DNA of 63,408 nt, the filler included, from Octopus bimaculoides (lineage: Eukaryota): the NCBI RefSeq assembly GCF_001194135.2. It is 7 parts of 7 records of this genome, joined end to end, with 100 filler letters (N's around TTAATTAATTAA, not from the genome) between each part and the next. Parts side by side here need not be neighbours in the genome. Positions count along the whole stretch, not along the records: positions 6,222 to 31,010 come from NC_068997.1; positions 31,111 to 40,648 come from NC_068999.1; 5 more parts are not named here. One strand, given 5' to 3'. The notes under the pieces were generated by a model. That model saw only the letters and a list, made by a program, of their open reading frames with translations, was not told the origin of the DNA and ran no database searches. Of the stretch, positions 26,815-39,776 are shown in pieces (position 1 is the first letter of the stretch; every line of letters begins with the position of its first letter). A program made the translations under genes and the position numbers.

Positions 26815-27260
26815 CTTTAAATTGTTTCAGCTTTAAAGTTGTCGGTCATGCTGGGGCACCACTGTTGGCTGTGCTACACCATTATTTGAAACCTCCTCTG
26901 ATGTGTGGCATTTGGTGAATGAGAGCGTTTGATGCTGCTGCCCTCAGCTGTGTTTCCTGCCATGAGGTAGACTCATCTGGAATTCTTGATAGGACGAGAT
27001 CCAGTTTAGTTTTGAAGGTACCTACATCCACACCATGCAGGTTTCTCAGGCATTTTGGAAGGGTAGTCAAGATGACGGTCCCTTGAAATCCAAGCTGTTG
27101 TAGCATCTGGTCCTATATTTTGATGGTGAAGCTGGGATCTTTGGCAGTATGCAGTGACATCCCATTCTGTTGTTTGTGTAACTTTCAATGCCACAGTTTG
27201 GTACAAAGCCTTCTGAGATTTTTTCCAGATGTATATCACTTCATATCTTTCCAATATTTG
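26815..27260 (-). mobile_element. CR1-like LINE 3' end
   Basis: Reads ERYEVIYIWK and LPKCLRNLHGVDVGTFKTKLDLVLSRIPDE...HIRGGFK*. Paralogue of 31111-31730. Confidence 0.85.
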
Positions 27261-27886
27261 CTCCAGGGAAGAAATTGAGTTAATATATCTATTTCCACAC
27301 CTTTAGCTTTATTCCCATTCATCTATTGCACTACATTTCTCTACTCTTAGTTTTTTGCTATTTTCTTTCTCTCTCTTCCTTTTCTTTCTTTAAATTGCTT
27401 TTGACGTTAAATCTATTTAACATTTAAAAAAAAAAATAACTTGCCAGTGTTCCCTTCATCATATACACAATCATCACATTCATTTAAAATGGTTTATTGA
27501 TGTTGTTTCTTTTTTTTCCTGATGAGAAGATCACATTGTTTTACACCATTTTATTCCCTCTGGAATAATACCAATGTTTTCTTTGAAACATATTCTGAAA
27601 GTTTAAAGATCTGAATAGCACCTGCGTTTAACTCCATTTCTTTATTTATCTGTTATACAAAAACATTTTACTAAACCCTGAAATTTGTACTGTTTAAGTA
27701 GGCTGTAACATCCTTGGTACTTAGGTGAATTTTTTGCTACCCTGGTAACTATTTATTTTTTCCATGTTATTTGTACACATTGAAAAAAATACACATACAT
27801 TTATATGTATACATATATACATGTATATATATGTACATATATACATATATATACATATACATATATACGTACACACACACACATAG

Positions 27887-27921
<35 letters not shown>

Positions 27922-28105
27922 NNNNNNNNNNNNNNNNNNNNNNNNNNNNNNNNNNNNNNNNNNNNNNNNNNNNNNNNNNNNNNNNNNNNNNNNNNNNNNN
28001 NNNNNNNNNNNNNNNNNNNNNNNNNNNNNNNNNNNNNNNNNNNNNNNNNNNNNNNNNNNNNNNNNNNNNNNNNNNNNNNNNNNNNNNNNNNNACACACAC
28101 ATATA

Positions 28106-29334
28106 CACAGACATGACAAAAGTAAATAGACACCCTATAAAATATCGCTTTATGTTTATTTTAACTTGTAAAGGTTTTTATTTTTTATTAATTGACATTT
28201 TTATGTTTCAGGTTCTATAAGTGACTGTTTAATCATGCCATGTACAAAAGAAACCTTGGAACTGTCTGAATTTCAAAGAGATCATATTGTGGGTCATTCT
28301 GAAGGTTTTATGCTGTATATGTCTATATTCAGCATAAAATTACAGAAAACTTGGCATCCTTCTTTCTACAGTTAATAGAGTAATTGTAGAATTCACAAGA
28401 GAGAGGAAGGAGTCTACATCACCTTGCCCAGATCAACCAGGCCCTCTGGCAGGACCCTAAGAGAAGTGTGGACAATAATCCTCATTGCAAGGCTTCTGAC
28501 ATAGCAGAACAAGTTGATGTCAGTCCTAGAACAGCTGTCAGGTATCTGCACAAACTTCATTACTATGGCAGAGCAGCAAGAAGGAAGCCACTTCTTTGAC
28601 CAGCCAACATCAAGTGGAGAAAAGATTGGGGTGAGATGGTGGAGGGGCCACTAGCATTTTGGGACACTGTCATATTCTCTGACGAGTCCAGATTTGCTGT
28701 ATTTCTTGACAGTGGACAAGTGTGGGTCTGGAGACTCTGTAATCAAGAATTTGATGTGAAAAGATTAAAACCAACAATGAAACATGGTAGCTATTCTGTG
28801 ATGGTCTGACGAGCAATTTGGAGCAATGGTTGATCAGAGTTGGTGGAGTGTGAAGGAAACATAAACTCAGATAAATATGTGTCCATATTGCAGAAAGGAT
28901 TCTTTCCAATCTTCTCCAGTGATGAAATGATTTAAGAAGACTCTTTATTTATGGAAGATGGGGCTCCTTGTCACACAGCTAAAATGACTCAAAACTTGTT
29001 GGATGAAAATGGCATTAAAAAGCTTCCATGGCCAAGCCAGTCACCGGATATAAACCCTATTGAACACCTCTGGGACATAATGGACAGGACACTTCATAAA
29101 AAGAACAAGAAAGCATCTTCAAAGCCAAATCTTCTGAGACTTGCATGAAACTTGGCAAGAAATTCTGCAAGAGAATATTCATCATCTGATCAGCAGCATG
29201 ACTATTGAAAAATGCAAAGGGCTTGTCTACTAAATATTAGATATTCACATTATAACAATTAATGAATAATTTGAATGTATAATTCCAGATTTAAATATAT
29301 TTTATTGATTATAAGAGTGTCTATTTACTTCTGT

Positions 29335-29344
<10 letters not shown>
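28106..29344 (+). mobile_element. Near-complete Tc1 (DD34E) transposon, inactivated
   Basis: TIRs cacagacatgacaaaagtaaatagacaccctataa and ttataagagtgtctatttacttctgtcatgtgtgtg. The transposase starts at ATG 28235 (ELSEFQRDHIVG) and includes FSDESRF and EDGAPCH...WPSQSPDINPIE with 34 residues between D and E, ending GLSTKY* at 29240. Several stops and frameshifts. Confidence 0.92.
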
Positions 29345-29382
<38 letters not shown>

Positions 29383-29410
29383 CACACATGCATACATTTA
29401 TATATATGTG

Positions 29411-29449
<39 letters not shown>

Positions 29450-29691
29450 TTATATGTATGTGTGTGTATATATATATATGCATTTATATGTGTGTGTGTG
29501 TATATATATACATACATATATATACACACATACATATACAAACACACACACACACACACAAGTCCTTATGCACTCCTAATCATCATATATCTATTTTTGA
29601 TGAGCTAAAATTGTACTACCTAGGTGCATGTAAATTTATGTACTGTATATATATATATATCTTTATCGACTAACACACACAACATACACAC

Positions 29692-29737
<46 letters not shown>

Positions 29738-30119
29738 CAAGAACAAACAAGTGACAGAGAGAGAGAGAGAGAGAGAGGGGAGGGAGAGAAAAAGTATTTG
29801 GTCAGTATAAAAGAAATTTGTTCATTGGCTGTAATCCAGTGTTAGTGCGGCTGACCTCTCACTTTTAATCAGTTCAATGGAATCACAACTAATTGACTTC
29901 ATTAGTATAACTACTGACCTAATAAAACATATACATACACTCACACATTACCTATGTATACATGCTCACATATGCACACACACCTGTACCTCACATATAT
30001 GCATTCATATACACACAAGCATGCCTACACATATACAAACACATGTATACATACACACAGGCAGAAATGCTTACATAATTATATATATGTGTTTGTGTAT
30101 CTATCTAACTATCTATCTA

Positions 30120-30169
<50 letters not shown>

Positions 30170-30173
<4 letters not shown>

Positions 30174-30786
30174 AATCTGTCAAGACTGTGATTTTGCTTG
30201 GCTTGATGGGTCTTTTCAAGCACGACATAATCCCGAAAGTTAAATCTGGGCTAGTCAAGTCTGGGGTACATGAAGGCCAGTTGACATTGCTGTAGTGGGA
30301 GATTATTCTTTCTCCAAAGCACTGCTGTAGAAACTGCATTGCTTCTCTTGTAGTATGAGCAGCTTCCACATCTTGCTGGAACCATGTGTGAGGTCTGCTT
30401 TGAATGGCCTTCACATTCCCCAGACTTGACTAGCCCAGATTGTTTCTTGTGGTGATACCTGAAAGAGAGGGTTTATATCAACAAACCAGAGACCCAGGTG
30501 CAACTGAAGGAGAACATTAATAGAGAAATCAGAGAAGTGGGGTCTGAAAGTCTTGAGGGTGTTATGGTGCAAGTTTTGGAAAGAGCATGGGTGTGCGGAG
30601 CCGAAAATGGCTGCCATTTAAACAATATCATTTTTCATATGTGATGTAGTGGTGATGCAAAATTTGACTTGTGCATATTAATTTCCATTATGTCCCTTAT
30701 ATTGTATCAAAATTTCATGCATCTATTTGTAAAGTTAAGAAAGTTATGAAAAATAGAATCCCATCAGGGACTTTTGGGACATCCTG
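30170..30786. mobile_element. DD41D (rosa-like) Tc1/mariner remnant with an internal inversion
   Basis: The minus strand at 30243-30414 reads WFQQDVEAAHT...NWPSCTPDLTSPD (41 residues D to D). The plus strand at 30418-30643 reads SPDLTSPDCFLW*YLKERVY...GCHLNNIIF. The terminal gggacatcctg is followed by TA. Confidence 0.8.
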
Positions 30787-30790
30787 TATG

Positions 30791-30825
<35 letters not shown>

Positions 30826-31110
30826 TCATCATCATCATCGTTTAACGTCTGTTTTCCATGCTGGCATGCATTGGACGATGATGATGATGATGACATATAT
30901 ATATATACACATAAACATATATAAACATATACATATATATATATATTTATACATTTATATATGCATATATATACTCATATATATATACATAAATATATAT
31001 ATACACATAGNNNNNNNNNNNNNNNNNNNNNNNNNNNNNNNNNNNNNNNNNNNNTTAATTAATTAANNNNNNNNNNNNNNNNNNNNNNNNNNNNNNNNNN
31101 NNNNNNNNNN

Positions 31111-31730
31111 GAATCAGAGATAAGGAAACCATGATGGTCCTCTGGAGGACATTCGTCCTCGGCCGCCTGGATTACTGCTCACAGCTATGGTCACCCACCA
31201 GTGTGAAATTAATAGCGGACATTGAAGCAATCCAGAGAAGATTCACAAAGAAGATTGTCTCTTTGCAACTGCTCAGCTACTGGGAAAGGCTGAAACAGCT
31301 AAGACTCTACTCCCTGGAGAGAAGGCGGGAGAGGTATGCAGTAATATACATCTGGAAGATTCTGGAAGGAATTGTGCCAAATTTTGGCATTGAAAGCTAC
31401 ACCAATGCCAGAACGGGACGACACTGCATAGTGCCAAAGATCCCAGCGATGTCATCGCGCTTCAGGACCAGTTACTGCTTTTTAATACTCTCCTAAAAAG
31501 CCTGAGGAACCTGCACAAAGTAGATGTAGAGGTTTTTAAATTAAAGCTGGACCTCTTCCTGTCGAGAGTCCCAGATGAACCTACCTCACGGCAAGAGGTG
31601 CAAATGAGGGTAGCTACATCAAACTCCATTCTTCACCAAATGCCACATATTAGAGGAGGCTCTCAGTAATAACAGTGTAGCAAAACGGCGGTGCATCAGC
31701 ACGGCCGCAACTCTCAGCTGAATCTATAAA
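31111..31730 (+). mobile_element. CR1-like LINE 3' end
   Basis: Reads RLDYCSQLWSP, AIQRRFTK, SYWERLKQLRLYSLERRRERYAVIYIWK and LRNLHKVDVEVFKLKLDLFL...HIRGGSQ*, followed by tail ggcggtgcatcagcacggccgcaac. Confidence 0.92.
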
Positions 31731-31995
31731 TATATATATATATTATTCTATTTCATCTAGTTTCAGCTTACCACCTGTAGCCATGCTGGGGCACCTCCAT
31801 TTGTTGCGGCATAATTTTTATTCACGAATGCTTTTCAGGATTTGATATTTGGTGCATAAATCATTGGCGGTGCTTTAGCATGGCCACAGCCTTCGGCTGA
31901 AACGTATGTAAGAATGTATAGATACATTATGAAGACGTGTATACACAATTCATAGATAAATACCCAATATGTATACACCCACGCACACATATATA

Positions 31996-32180
31996 TCATG
32001 TCGGAAAGAAATGCCTATGACATTTCAAGATGGGAAAGAAACAACTGTTTCTTTGTTCTTAATTGATATATTTAATCAAAACATTTCGCCTCATCATTCA
32101 TAACATAATCCCATCTATTTCGCAAATTTTTGGACCGTAGGGCGTAAAATTCTTCCCATTTCGAAGCAAAGTAACACAAA
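31996..32180 (-). mobile_element. mariner transposase C-terminal remnant
   Basis: The minus strand reads YFASKWEEFYALRSKNLRNRW...NDEAKCFD*, resembling the mariner C-terminus. Confidence 0.5.
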
Positions 32181-32256
32181 ACATTTTAAAAGTATTTTCA
32201 TTATATATACAGGGTGTTTATAAATTACTTTTACAACTTCCACAATCTATCGTTTA

Positions 32257-32716
32257 CGAGGAGTTGCTGAAAAGTTCCTGGCTGTAAGGGTATCGCGAAA
32301 GACCTGGTTGAAGGGCTCAACCAAGTCTTTCCGAGTTCTTTTACAGGGCTTAGTAAAACGGAAGAACTGCTGCAATAATTGCGTGAATTTGTGAGGGGAA
32401 CTATATTGAATAAAATCTTTTCTACTCATGGCACAAGACCCGAAATTTTGGGGGAAGCGGGGCCAGTCAATTAGATCGACTCCAGTACACAACTTGTACT
32501 TAATTTATCGACCCCAAAAGGATGAAAGGCAAGGTCAACCTCAGCAGAATTTGAACTCAGAACGTAAAGACAGACGAGATATCACTAAGCATTTCGCCGG
32601 CGTGCTAACGTTTCTGCCAGCCGCCATCTTCACAGATATCGAATAAAATAACAATTAACAGATCTTCCTGTATTTTTTTTTTTACCCAAAACCAGGAACT
32701 TTTCAGCACCATCTCG
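32257..32716. mobile_element. mariner-type MITE interrupted by a SINE
   Basis: TIRs cgaggagttgctgaaaagttcctgg and ccaggaacttttcagcaccatctcg, with TA on both flanks. Confidence 0.85.
32417..32635 (-). mobile_element. SINE family C with target-site duplication
   Basis: tRNA-like head with B-box gagttcaaattc and central ttgcctttcatccttttggggtcgataaattaagtac. Flanked by atattgaataaaat (32403-32416) and atatcgaataaaat (32636-32649). Confidence 0.9.
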
Positions 32717-32939
32717 TAGTATCTGTGTTGCATGCAACCTACGGAGACCATATAGAAGTGCTCTAATAAAACTATTTATTTGCCTCTGTTTTCCAACAAA
32801 CTCTGTTACGTTTCTTTTATTCTTTATTTTTTCTGAATATTTCAAATTGTAAACATAATTTATGGACACGACATGTCAATCTTTATTCTTGCATTATCGA
32901 GTAAGAGCAATATTTTTCTTTTTTTTTTTGCCAGTGACC

Positions 32940-33520
32940 AATTATAGGCACTTTTTCTGCAAAGTTTTGTGCAAAGCTTCCAATTCATAGCAATGCTTCT
33001 CGTATTAACTGTTTCATATCCCATAAAACACTGAGCATAACCTTTTGCGGGTGTAGTCCCGGTCTGGGGATAGATTATCTCTCATTGTGTGCAAACCGTT
33101 ACAGTTTTCATTGGATATGATAATGGAAAACCCTCTTTACATCACTTGTGACGATTCTGCTCAGAAGAGGTTAGAAGTAATCAGACGATAAAGGATCCAC
33201 TGACCTAGTTTAGTCACTTTTTCTCTTTCAAAAAGGTGTTTTATGATCGAAGAGTGACTTGAATTGAATTGTTTTGTTAATCCTCAGAAGTTTGCTTTGG
33301 ATTTTCTTCAACTGAATTTCAGAAGTCAAAAATAGACGGTAACTGGTCGTCCAGATGAAGGGGAATCAGCGAGAGAAATATTTTCCGAGCGAAACTTGCT
33401 AAACCATCGTTGGTATGTCCGAACACTTAAAACTTCATTTCCATAAAGAAAACAAATATTTCTGGCCGCTTCCATTGCTGGAGAGCCTCTTTTGAATTCA
33501 CAATGTCTGATATAGGTCTA
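32940..33520 (-). mobile_element. mariner transposase N-terminal/core remnant
   Basis: The minus strand reads EFKRGSPAMEAA, LSVRTYQRWFSKFRSENISLADSPSSGRP, RIVTSD and PGLHPQKVMLSV. Confidence 0.8.
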
Positions 33521-33604
33521 AACTAAACATTTTTGAAAAGGGTAAAAATCGATACAAATCTTTGATAAAATGCATCCGGACTTCACAATATTTACAGACA
33601 CACA

Positions 33605-33668
<64 letters not shown>

Positions 33669-35170
33669 CACATACAGCGGTGAGCTGGCAGGATCGTTAG
33701 GAAGCCGAGCGAAATCCTGATATCCTTAACTTCTGCCATCTGCACTTTATTGCCAACTCAAAAAGGTTCCGTTTACCAAATCCACTCACAAGGCTTTGGT
33801 CAGCCAGAGGTTATAGAAGACACTTGCCCAAGGGGCCACACAGTGGGACTCCCTCCATCTTCATTATTTCCGCTTTTCTACATTTCCGCCTTATTTTACC
33901 TCGTTTACATTATCTAATCTCAATCCAACTGAGCTGGTTTGATCAGCAGTTTACCTTTACCTCATTTAGGGAATAATGATAAGTATACATTTTGATCATT
34001 GGATATATCTAACCATTAATATATCAATTAATTAGGTATAAATATTTCATATAAATCTGTTATACGATGTTCATATACGAGTACCGTTAATCCTCCCTGT
34101 GTCTCTTTTGTTAATTAAGGTACAAGTATGTAGTTTACTCTACATGTAATTTCCTCTACATATTACATACTCTACAAGTATATGATTTACTCTAAATATG
34201 GCTCTCTGGATTGCTTCTAGATTTATGTTTCCCGCACTTTATTTTACCTTAGTTTACCTTTTGCTATTTCACCTTATATATTTAATTATTATTCACTTGA
34301 TCATGTTATCTATTATCTTTCCCCACCTTTAGCTCATTGTTTTCATTTACAAACGTATGTAATCGTAAATATAATAGAAATGTCTTAACACTGCTTAACT
34401 CGTATAACTGTAGCTTGACAAAGTCTGAATTAGTTTATGAAAGTATTTGAACGGATATCCTCTCTCTCTCTCTCTCTCTCTCTCTTTGAGCATATGAAGA
34501 TTTATGTATTGATGCTCGTGAATAATACTATAATCTGTTTTGATCATTCACAGTAATCATTGATCTATTTAAATTACTACTGCGACATTAGTGCTTTGTG
34601 CTACAAATGTATGTGTGTGTACGTGAAAACGAGGATATGTATAAATGTTTACGAACGTGCTTGTGAATAATGATATATGAATGTATGTGCTAATGTGCTT
34701 GTGATTATCCACATAATGTATATATGTGTGTGTATGCTGATACCAGGCTACCGTTCTTGAAATAACGCTTCCTTTCTTCAAAGTAAGCACTGCGTGAAAT
34801 TCCAACAACTCAAGCCTACCTATTTGATTTCTAAACATTAGTTTTTGTCTTTTCCTTTTCTCTACACTTCTCATTGTGTTTATTTATTTTATTTTCGCAC
34901 CATATGCTTTATTCATTTAAATTGGTCAACACATCTTTCAATTGATCGACATATCTTTCTTTAGAAAATAGATTTATTTTAATAAGCACATCTTTAGAAG
35001 CCAATTTCTGTGATAAACTTTTTTTTTTTTATTTACATTTATATTTGTCTCATTATTTTGATGAACAATTTTTTTTACTTTACTCTTTTTTTACTTTATT
35101 CTTTCTCTGAATTTCTATTGATCTGTGACCAGTGCATAGTAACCTGCTGGATACATCTGTCGTCTGTGCA

Positions 35171-35231
<61 letters not shown>

Positions 35232-35795
35232 CAGCTTGCTCTCCGTAGTAGAGGCGATGTTTTGAATTACCATGAATCGTTTTAAAGATTAATCTGTTAA
35301 TTTCTCACTATACTTGTAAATATGGGTCTACATACATTTATTTATAGGTATATCATATGCATACGAGTGCTTACGTAATTTCAATTACATAACTCACAGT
35401 GTTATGAAACAGATGTAAACGAATGGAGTAAACATCTATCCTCTTACCTCACTTATCTGTTCTCTCTCTATATATATACACACACATATATATAGATATA
35501 AATGTATCTATATATAAACATATACATGTTCACGGTGGTGCACCAGCATGACCGCAGCCACTTGGCTGAAACACAAATAAATAAATATATACACACACAT
35601 ATACACACATACATGTATACATACATATTTAATGTACACAGTATAAAGATAGGAGCTACAAATAAGTTCTTGCTTTGGAGACACGTGTCTAGAAGGTTTT
35701 AATAACACGCCTTGTGTCTCCAAGCAATCTTTCTATAAAAAAAAGCGGTGCTCCAGCATGACCGCAACCAAATGACTGAAACAAAAGAATAAAAG

Positions 35796-35848
<53 letters not shown>

Positions 35849-35850
<2 letters not shown>

Positions 35851-36372
35851 TGTGCTGAGGATGCATGCCTTATAAGACAGTAATCTTGGTGTTTATTGTC
35901 AGTTTCTTATTCTCTCAGATTCTCTTCGCTGGTATGAAAAATGCTCGTCCAACTCGCCTGCTGATTACGAGATCCAAGCAAAAGTCATCAGTGATGGTAG
36001 AGTCGATGTAGTTGAATTCATGAACTAATCTTCGTTTCGAAGACGTCTGCAAGAGAGATATGAACGCAATAGGTTTGAACGTCCTGAGAAAGGGAAGAGG
36101 TTGCTAATGATTGTCCACCGTGGAGACGAATACGACGCAAGTGGACGGAGCGAGGTAAAGAGAAACTGAAACTTGCCTCTGTAGAAAAGCCCGCTCGAAC
36201 AGAGGAAAACGCGGTACCGCCGGTGGAGAGCATTTTCAAATGCAGTCACTGCACGCAAGACTGCTTTTTTCGTGTGGGCCTGTACAGCCACAGCAGACAC
36301 TACTCCGCCATCAGCAGCTGACACAAATTTCTCCAGGCGCAGATCCATGGTCTTTCGAGACTGACAGATGCC
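35849..36372. mobile_element. RTE LINE 3' end with inverted 5' segment
   Basis: The plus strand at 36030-36372 reads LRFEDVCKRDM and FKCSHCTQDCFFRVGLYSHSR, then a 3' end ccatggtctttcgagactgacagatgcc. The minus strand from 36027 to 35849 reads VHEFNYIDSTITDD...ENKKLTINTK. Confidence 0.85.
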
Positions 36373-36690
36373 GTAGAATATATATACATATATATATATA
36401 CAAATATTTTTCGAATGTACTGCCTCCAGCAATAATTCACATAGACGTGCGCGCTTGTGTGTTTGTGTGTGTGTCTGTGTGTGAGGGATTGTGCATGCAT
36501 GGAAGTGTGTGCGAATGTAATTGTTACTCATGTCAGTACATCGTCTGAAACTTACCAACTCCTCTTTTATCATCGATCGACATAAAACATTCAAACTATT
36601 CACGTTAATAATTTATCATCTCATGTTTTCAGAGATTTACATATTTTTCCTGCCCAAAATTCGCTAAATATCTTATTATTCACACACACA

Positions 36691-36749
<59 letters not shown>

Positions 36750-37054
36750 ATATATATGCACATATTCATACATACATCCACTGGTATATTGTATATATGC
36801 ATGCATGTACGTATATATATATATATGTATGCATGCGTGCGTATATATATATTTACACACACACACATATATATATATATATATTTACATATATATATTT
36901 ATATATGTAATATATATATATATATATATATATTTACATATGTATATATGTATATTTACATATGTATATATATATATGTTTATATATATATTTACATATG
37001 TATATATATATATATGTTTATATATATATTTACATATGTATATATATATGTTTA

Positions 37055-37092
<38 letters not shown>

Positions 37093-37156
37093 TTTATATA
37101 TGTATATATATATTTACATATATATGCATATATATATAAATATTTACATATGTATA

Positions 37157-37202
<46 letters not shown>

Positions 37203-37309
37203 TATTTACGTATGTATATATGTGTATATATACATATTTACTTATACACGAACACATGTGTATATACTCTCACATATATAAATACATGCAGTCGCACATT
37301 CATGCATAT

Positions 37310-37522
37310 TCTTTCTTTTTATTCTTTTTTCATTTGTTTCAGTCATTTGACTGCGGCCATGCTGGAGCACCACTTTTAGTTGAACAAATTCACCTCGGGA
37401 CTTATTCTGTGTAAGCCTAGTACTTATTCTATCGGTCTCTTTTGTCGAACCGTTAATTTACGGGTACGTTAACACACCAGCATCAGTTGTCAAACGATGA
37501 TGGGGGGGGGCTAACATCAAAC
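37310..37522 (-). mobile_element. SINE family A, 3' half
   Basis: ttgtttcagtcatttgactgcggccatgctggagcacc...catcagttgtcaaacgatg; cut by a gap. Confidence 0.85.
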
Positions 37523-37532
37523 NNNNNNNNNN

Positions 37533-37598
<66 letters not shown>

Positions 37599-37609
37599 TA
37601 TATACACAT

Positions 37610-38412
37610 ATTCCTGTATCAATCCTGTATCAATTTTCTCCGTGTGCCGCAGTTTTGTGCCAGGGTTCGGGTGTCCGTGAATGATTTGCCTGTGCATTCC
37701 TTCATATTGTTCATCCTCCTTTTCTTCTGTTCTCCCCACCTTCTGCAAGACCACTGAACCTTTTGTTTTATATGGCTACATCATCTCATTTTAATTTTCT
37801 TTACCGTTCTGAGATCTTCAAGTGATGCCAAACAGTTTTACTAACATTTTCTTTTGTGATGCGATCCAAGTACGAATTAGGTAAGACGTTGCGGTAGCAT
37901 CTAATTTTCAGAGACTGTGTCTTCCTCTGAATCTCTGCTGTAAGTATCCATGTCATGCATGGATACAAAAAGACGCAATTTACCATGCAATCAGGAGTAT
38001 GGTTTTCTTCTACACAGCGTTTTTTCTCTCTCCATTTGAGTTAAGTTTATCTCTACGACGATTTATGACTTCGATCCATCACCATTAATAATTACTTCCA
38101 GATATTTAAACAGAACGGTTAACTGCAGTTTCTGTCTTTGTGCGGAAATCTCTTCAGATGACACCATAGGAATTTGTCATGGATTAGCATTTACAGCAGT
38201 GATATCCATTTCATCCACAGTGGATACTATCGATTTAATCAAGTCATCTTCCGTTCTTGAGTCCCTCAATGTCATCACCAAGTTTCAGATTTGGTATGTT
38301 CCTTCCTTCGATATCAACTACGCCAACATGGCCATCGAGACCCACATTCATGATTCGCTCAAGGAGGATGAAATGAGTAGAGAAGAGGACACCTACTGTC
38401 GTATGGAACCAT
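37610..38412 (-). mobile_element. RTE reverse transcriptase remnant
   Basis: The minus strand reads WFHTTVGV, LLERIMNVGLDGHVGVVDIEGRNIPNLKLGDDIEGL (RFADD region), FKYL and LYPCMTWILTAEIQRKTQSLKIRCYR. Confidence 0.8.
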
Positions 38413-38482
<70 letters not shown>

Positions 38483-38604
38483 TGTCCCAAAATAGAACTA
38501 TATATATATATAGTAGACAGGTAGATACATTTGTATGAAATCCATCATTTATATGTGTACACGTCTATCTACCTGTCTATCTAGAAGCAAATTATATATA
38601 TATG

Positions 38605-38644
<40 letters not shown>

Positions 38645-39526
38645 AATATAAATGCATATATATGCATACATAATATATATACATATAAATGCATATATAT
38701 ACATATATATACATATAAATGCATATATATACATATATATACATATATATATATACATATATATATGTATATATATAAATATACATATATATATGTATAC
38801 ATATATATATGTATATATATAAATATACATATATATATGTATACATATATATATGTATATATATAAATATACATNNNNNNNNNNNNNNNNNNNNNNNNNN
38901 NNNNNNNNNNNNNNNNNNNNNNNNNNNNNNNNNNNNNNNNNNNNNNNNNNNNNNNNNNNNNNNNNNNNNNNNNNNNNNNNNNNNNNNNNNNNNNNNNNNN
39001 NNNNNNNNNNNNNNNNNNNNNNNNNNNNNNNNNNNNNNNNNNNNNNNNNNNNNNNNNNNNNNNNNNNNNNNNNNNNNNNNNNNNNNNNNNNNNNNNNNNN
39101 NNNNNNNNNNNNNNNNNNNNNNNNNNNNNNNNNNNNNNNNNNNNNNNNNNNNNNNNNNNNNNNNNNNNNNNNNNNNNNNNNNNNNNNNNNNNNNNNNNNN
39201 NNNNNNNNNNNNNNNNNNNNNNNNNNNNNNNNNNNNNNNNNNNNNNNNNNNNNNNNNNNNNNNNNNNNNNNNNNNNNNNNNNNNNNNNNNNNNNNNNNNN
39301 NNNNNNNNNNNNNNNNNNNNNNNNNNNNNNNNNNNNNNNNNNNNNNNNNNNNNNNNNNNNNNNNNNNNNNNNNNNNNNNNNNNNNNNNNNNNNNNNNNNN
39401 NNNNNNNNNNNNNNNNNNNNNNNNNNNNNNNNNNNNNNNNNNNNNNNNNNNNNNNNNNNNNNNNNNNNNNNNNNNNNNNNNNNNNNNNNNNNNNNNNNNN
39501 ATGTATATATATATAAATATACATAT

Positions 39527-39557
<31 letters not shown>

Positions 39558-39610
39558 TATATATAAATATACATATATATATAAACATACATATATATAT
39601 AAATATACAT

Positions 39611-39695
39611 CTCTCTTTCCTTTCCTGAGCGTCCAATAACACTATCCATATCACGTCCTCACTTTGTTGTTTTTTTGTTATTGTAATTTTTGAAC
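39611..39695 (+). mobile_element. Short fragment of the repeat at 59034-59231 (Penelope-like end)
   Basis: Near-identical to the reverse complement of 59034-59128 (ctctctttcctttcctgagcgtccaata...cacgtcctcactttgttg). Confidence 0.7.
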
Positions 39696-39741
39696 TTATA
39701 TATAAATATACATATATATACATACATATATATAGATATAC

Positions 39742-39776
<35 letters not shown>

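Noticed and set aside
32075-32100. TGATGA-ggc-GAAA hammerhead-like string on the minus strand
   Set aside because: Lacks the C3 nucleotide and helix II, and falls inside the mariner C-terminal codons; a chance match.
36553-36645. Strong minus-strand donor (TTG|gtaagt)
   Set aside because: The upstream sequence has stops in all frames from the nearest acceptor; at best a non-coding exon, with no other support.
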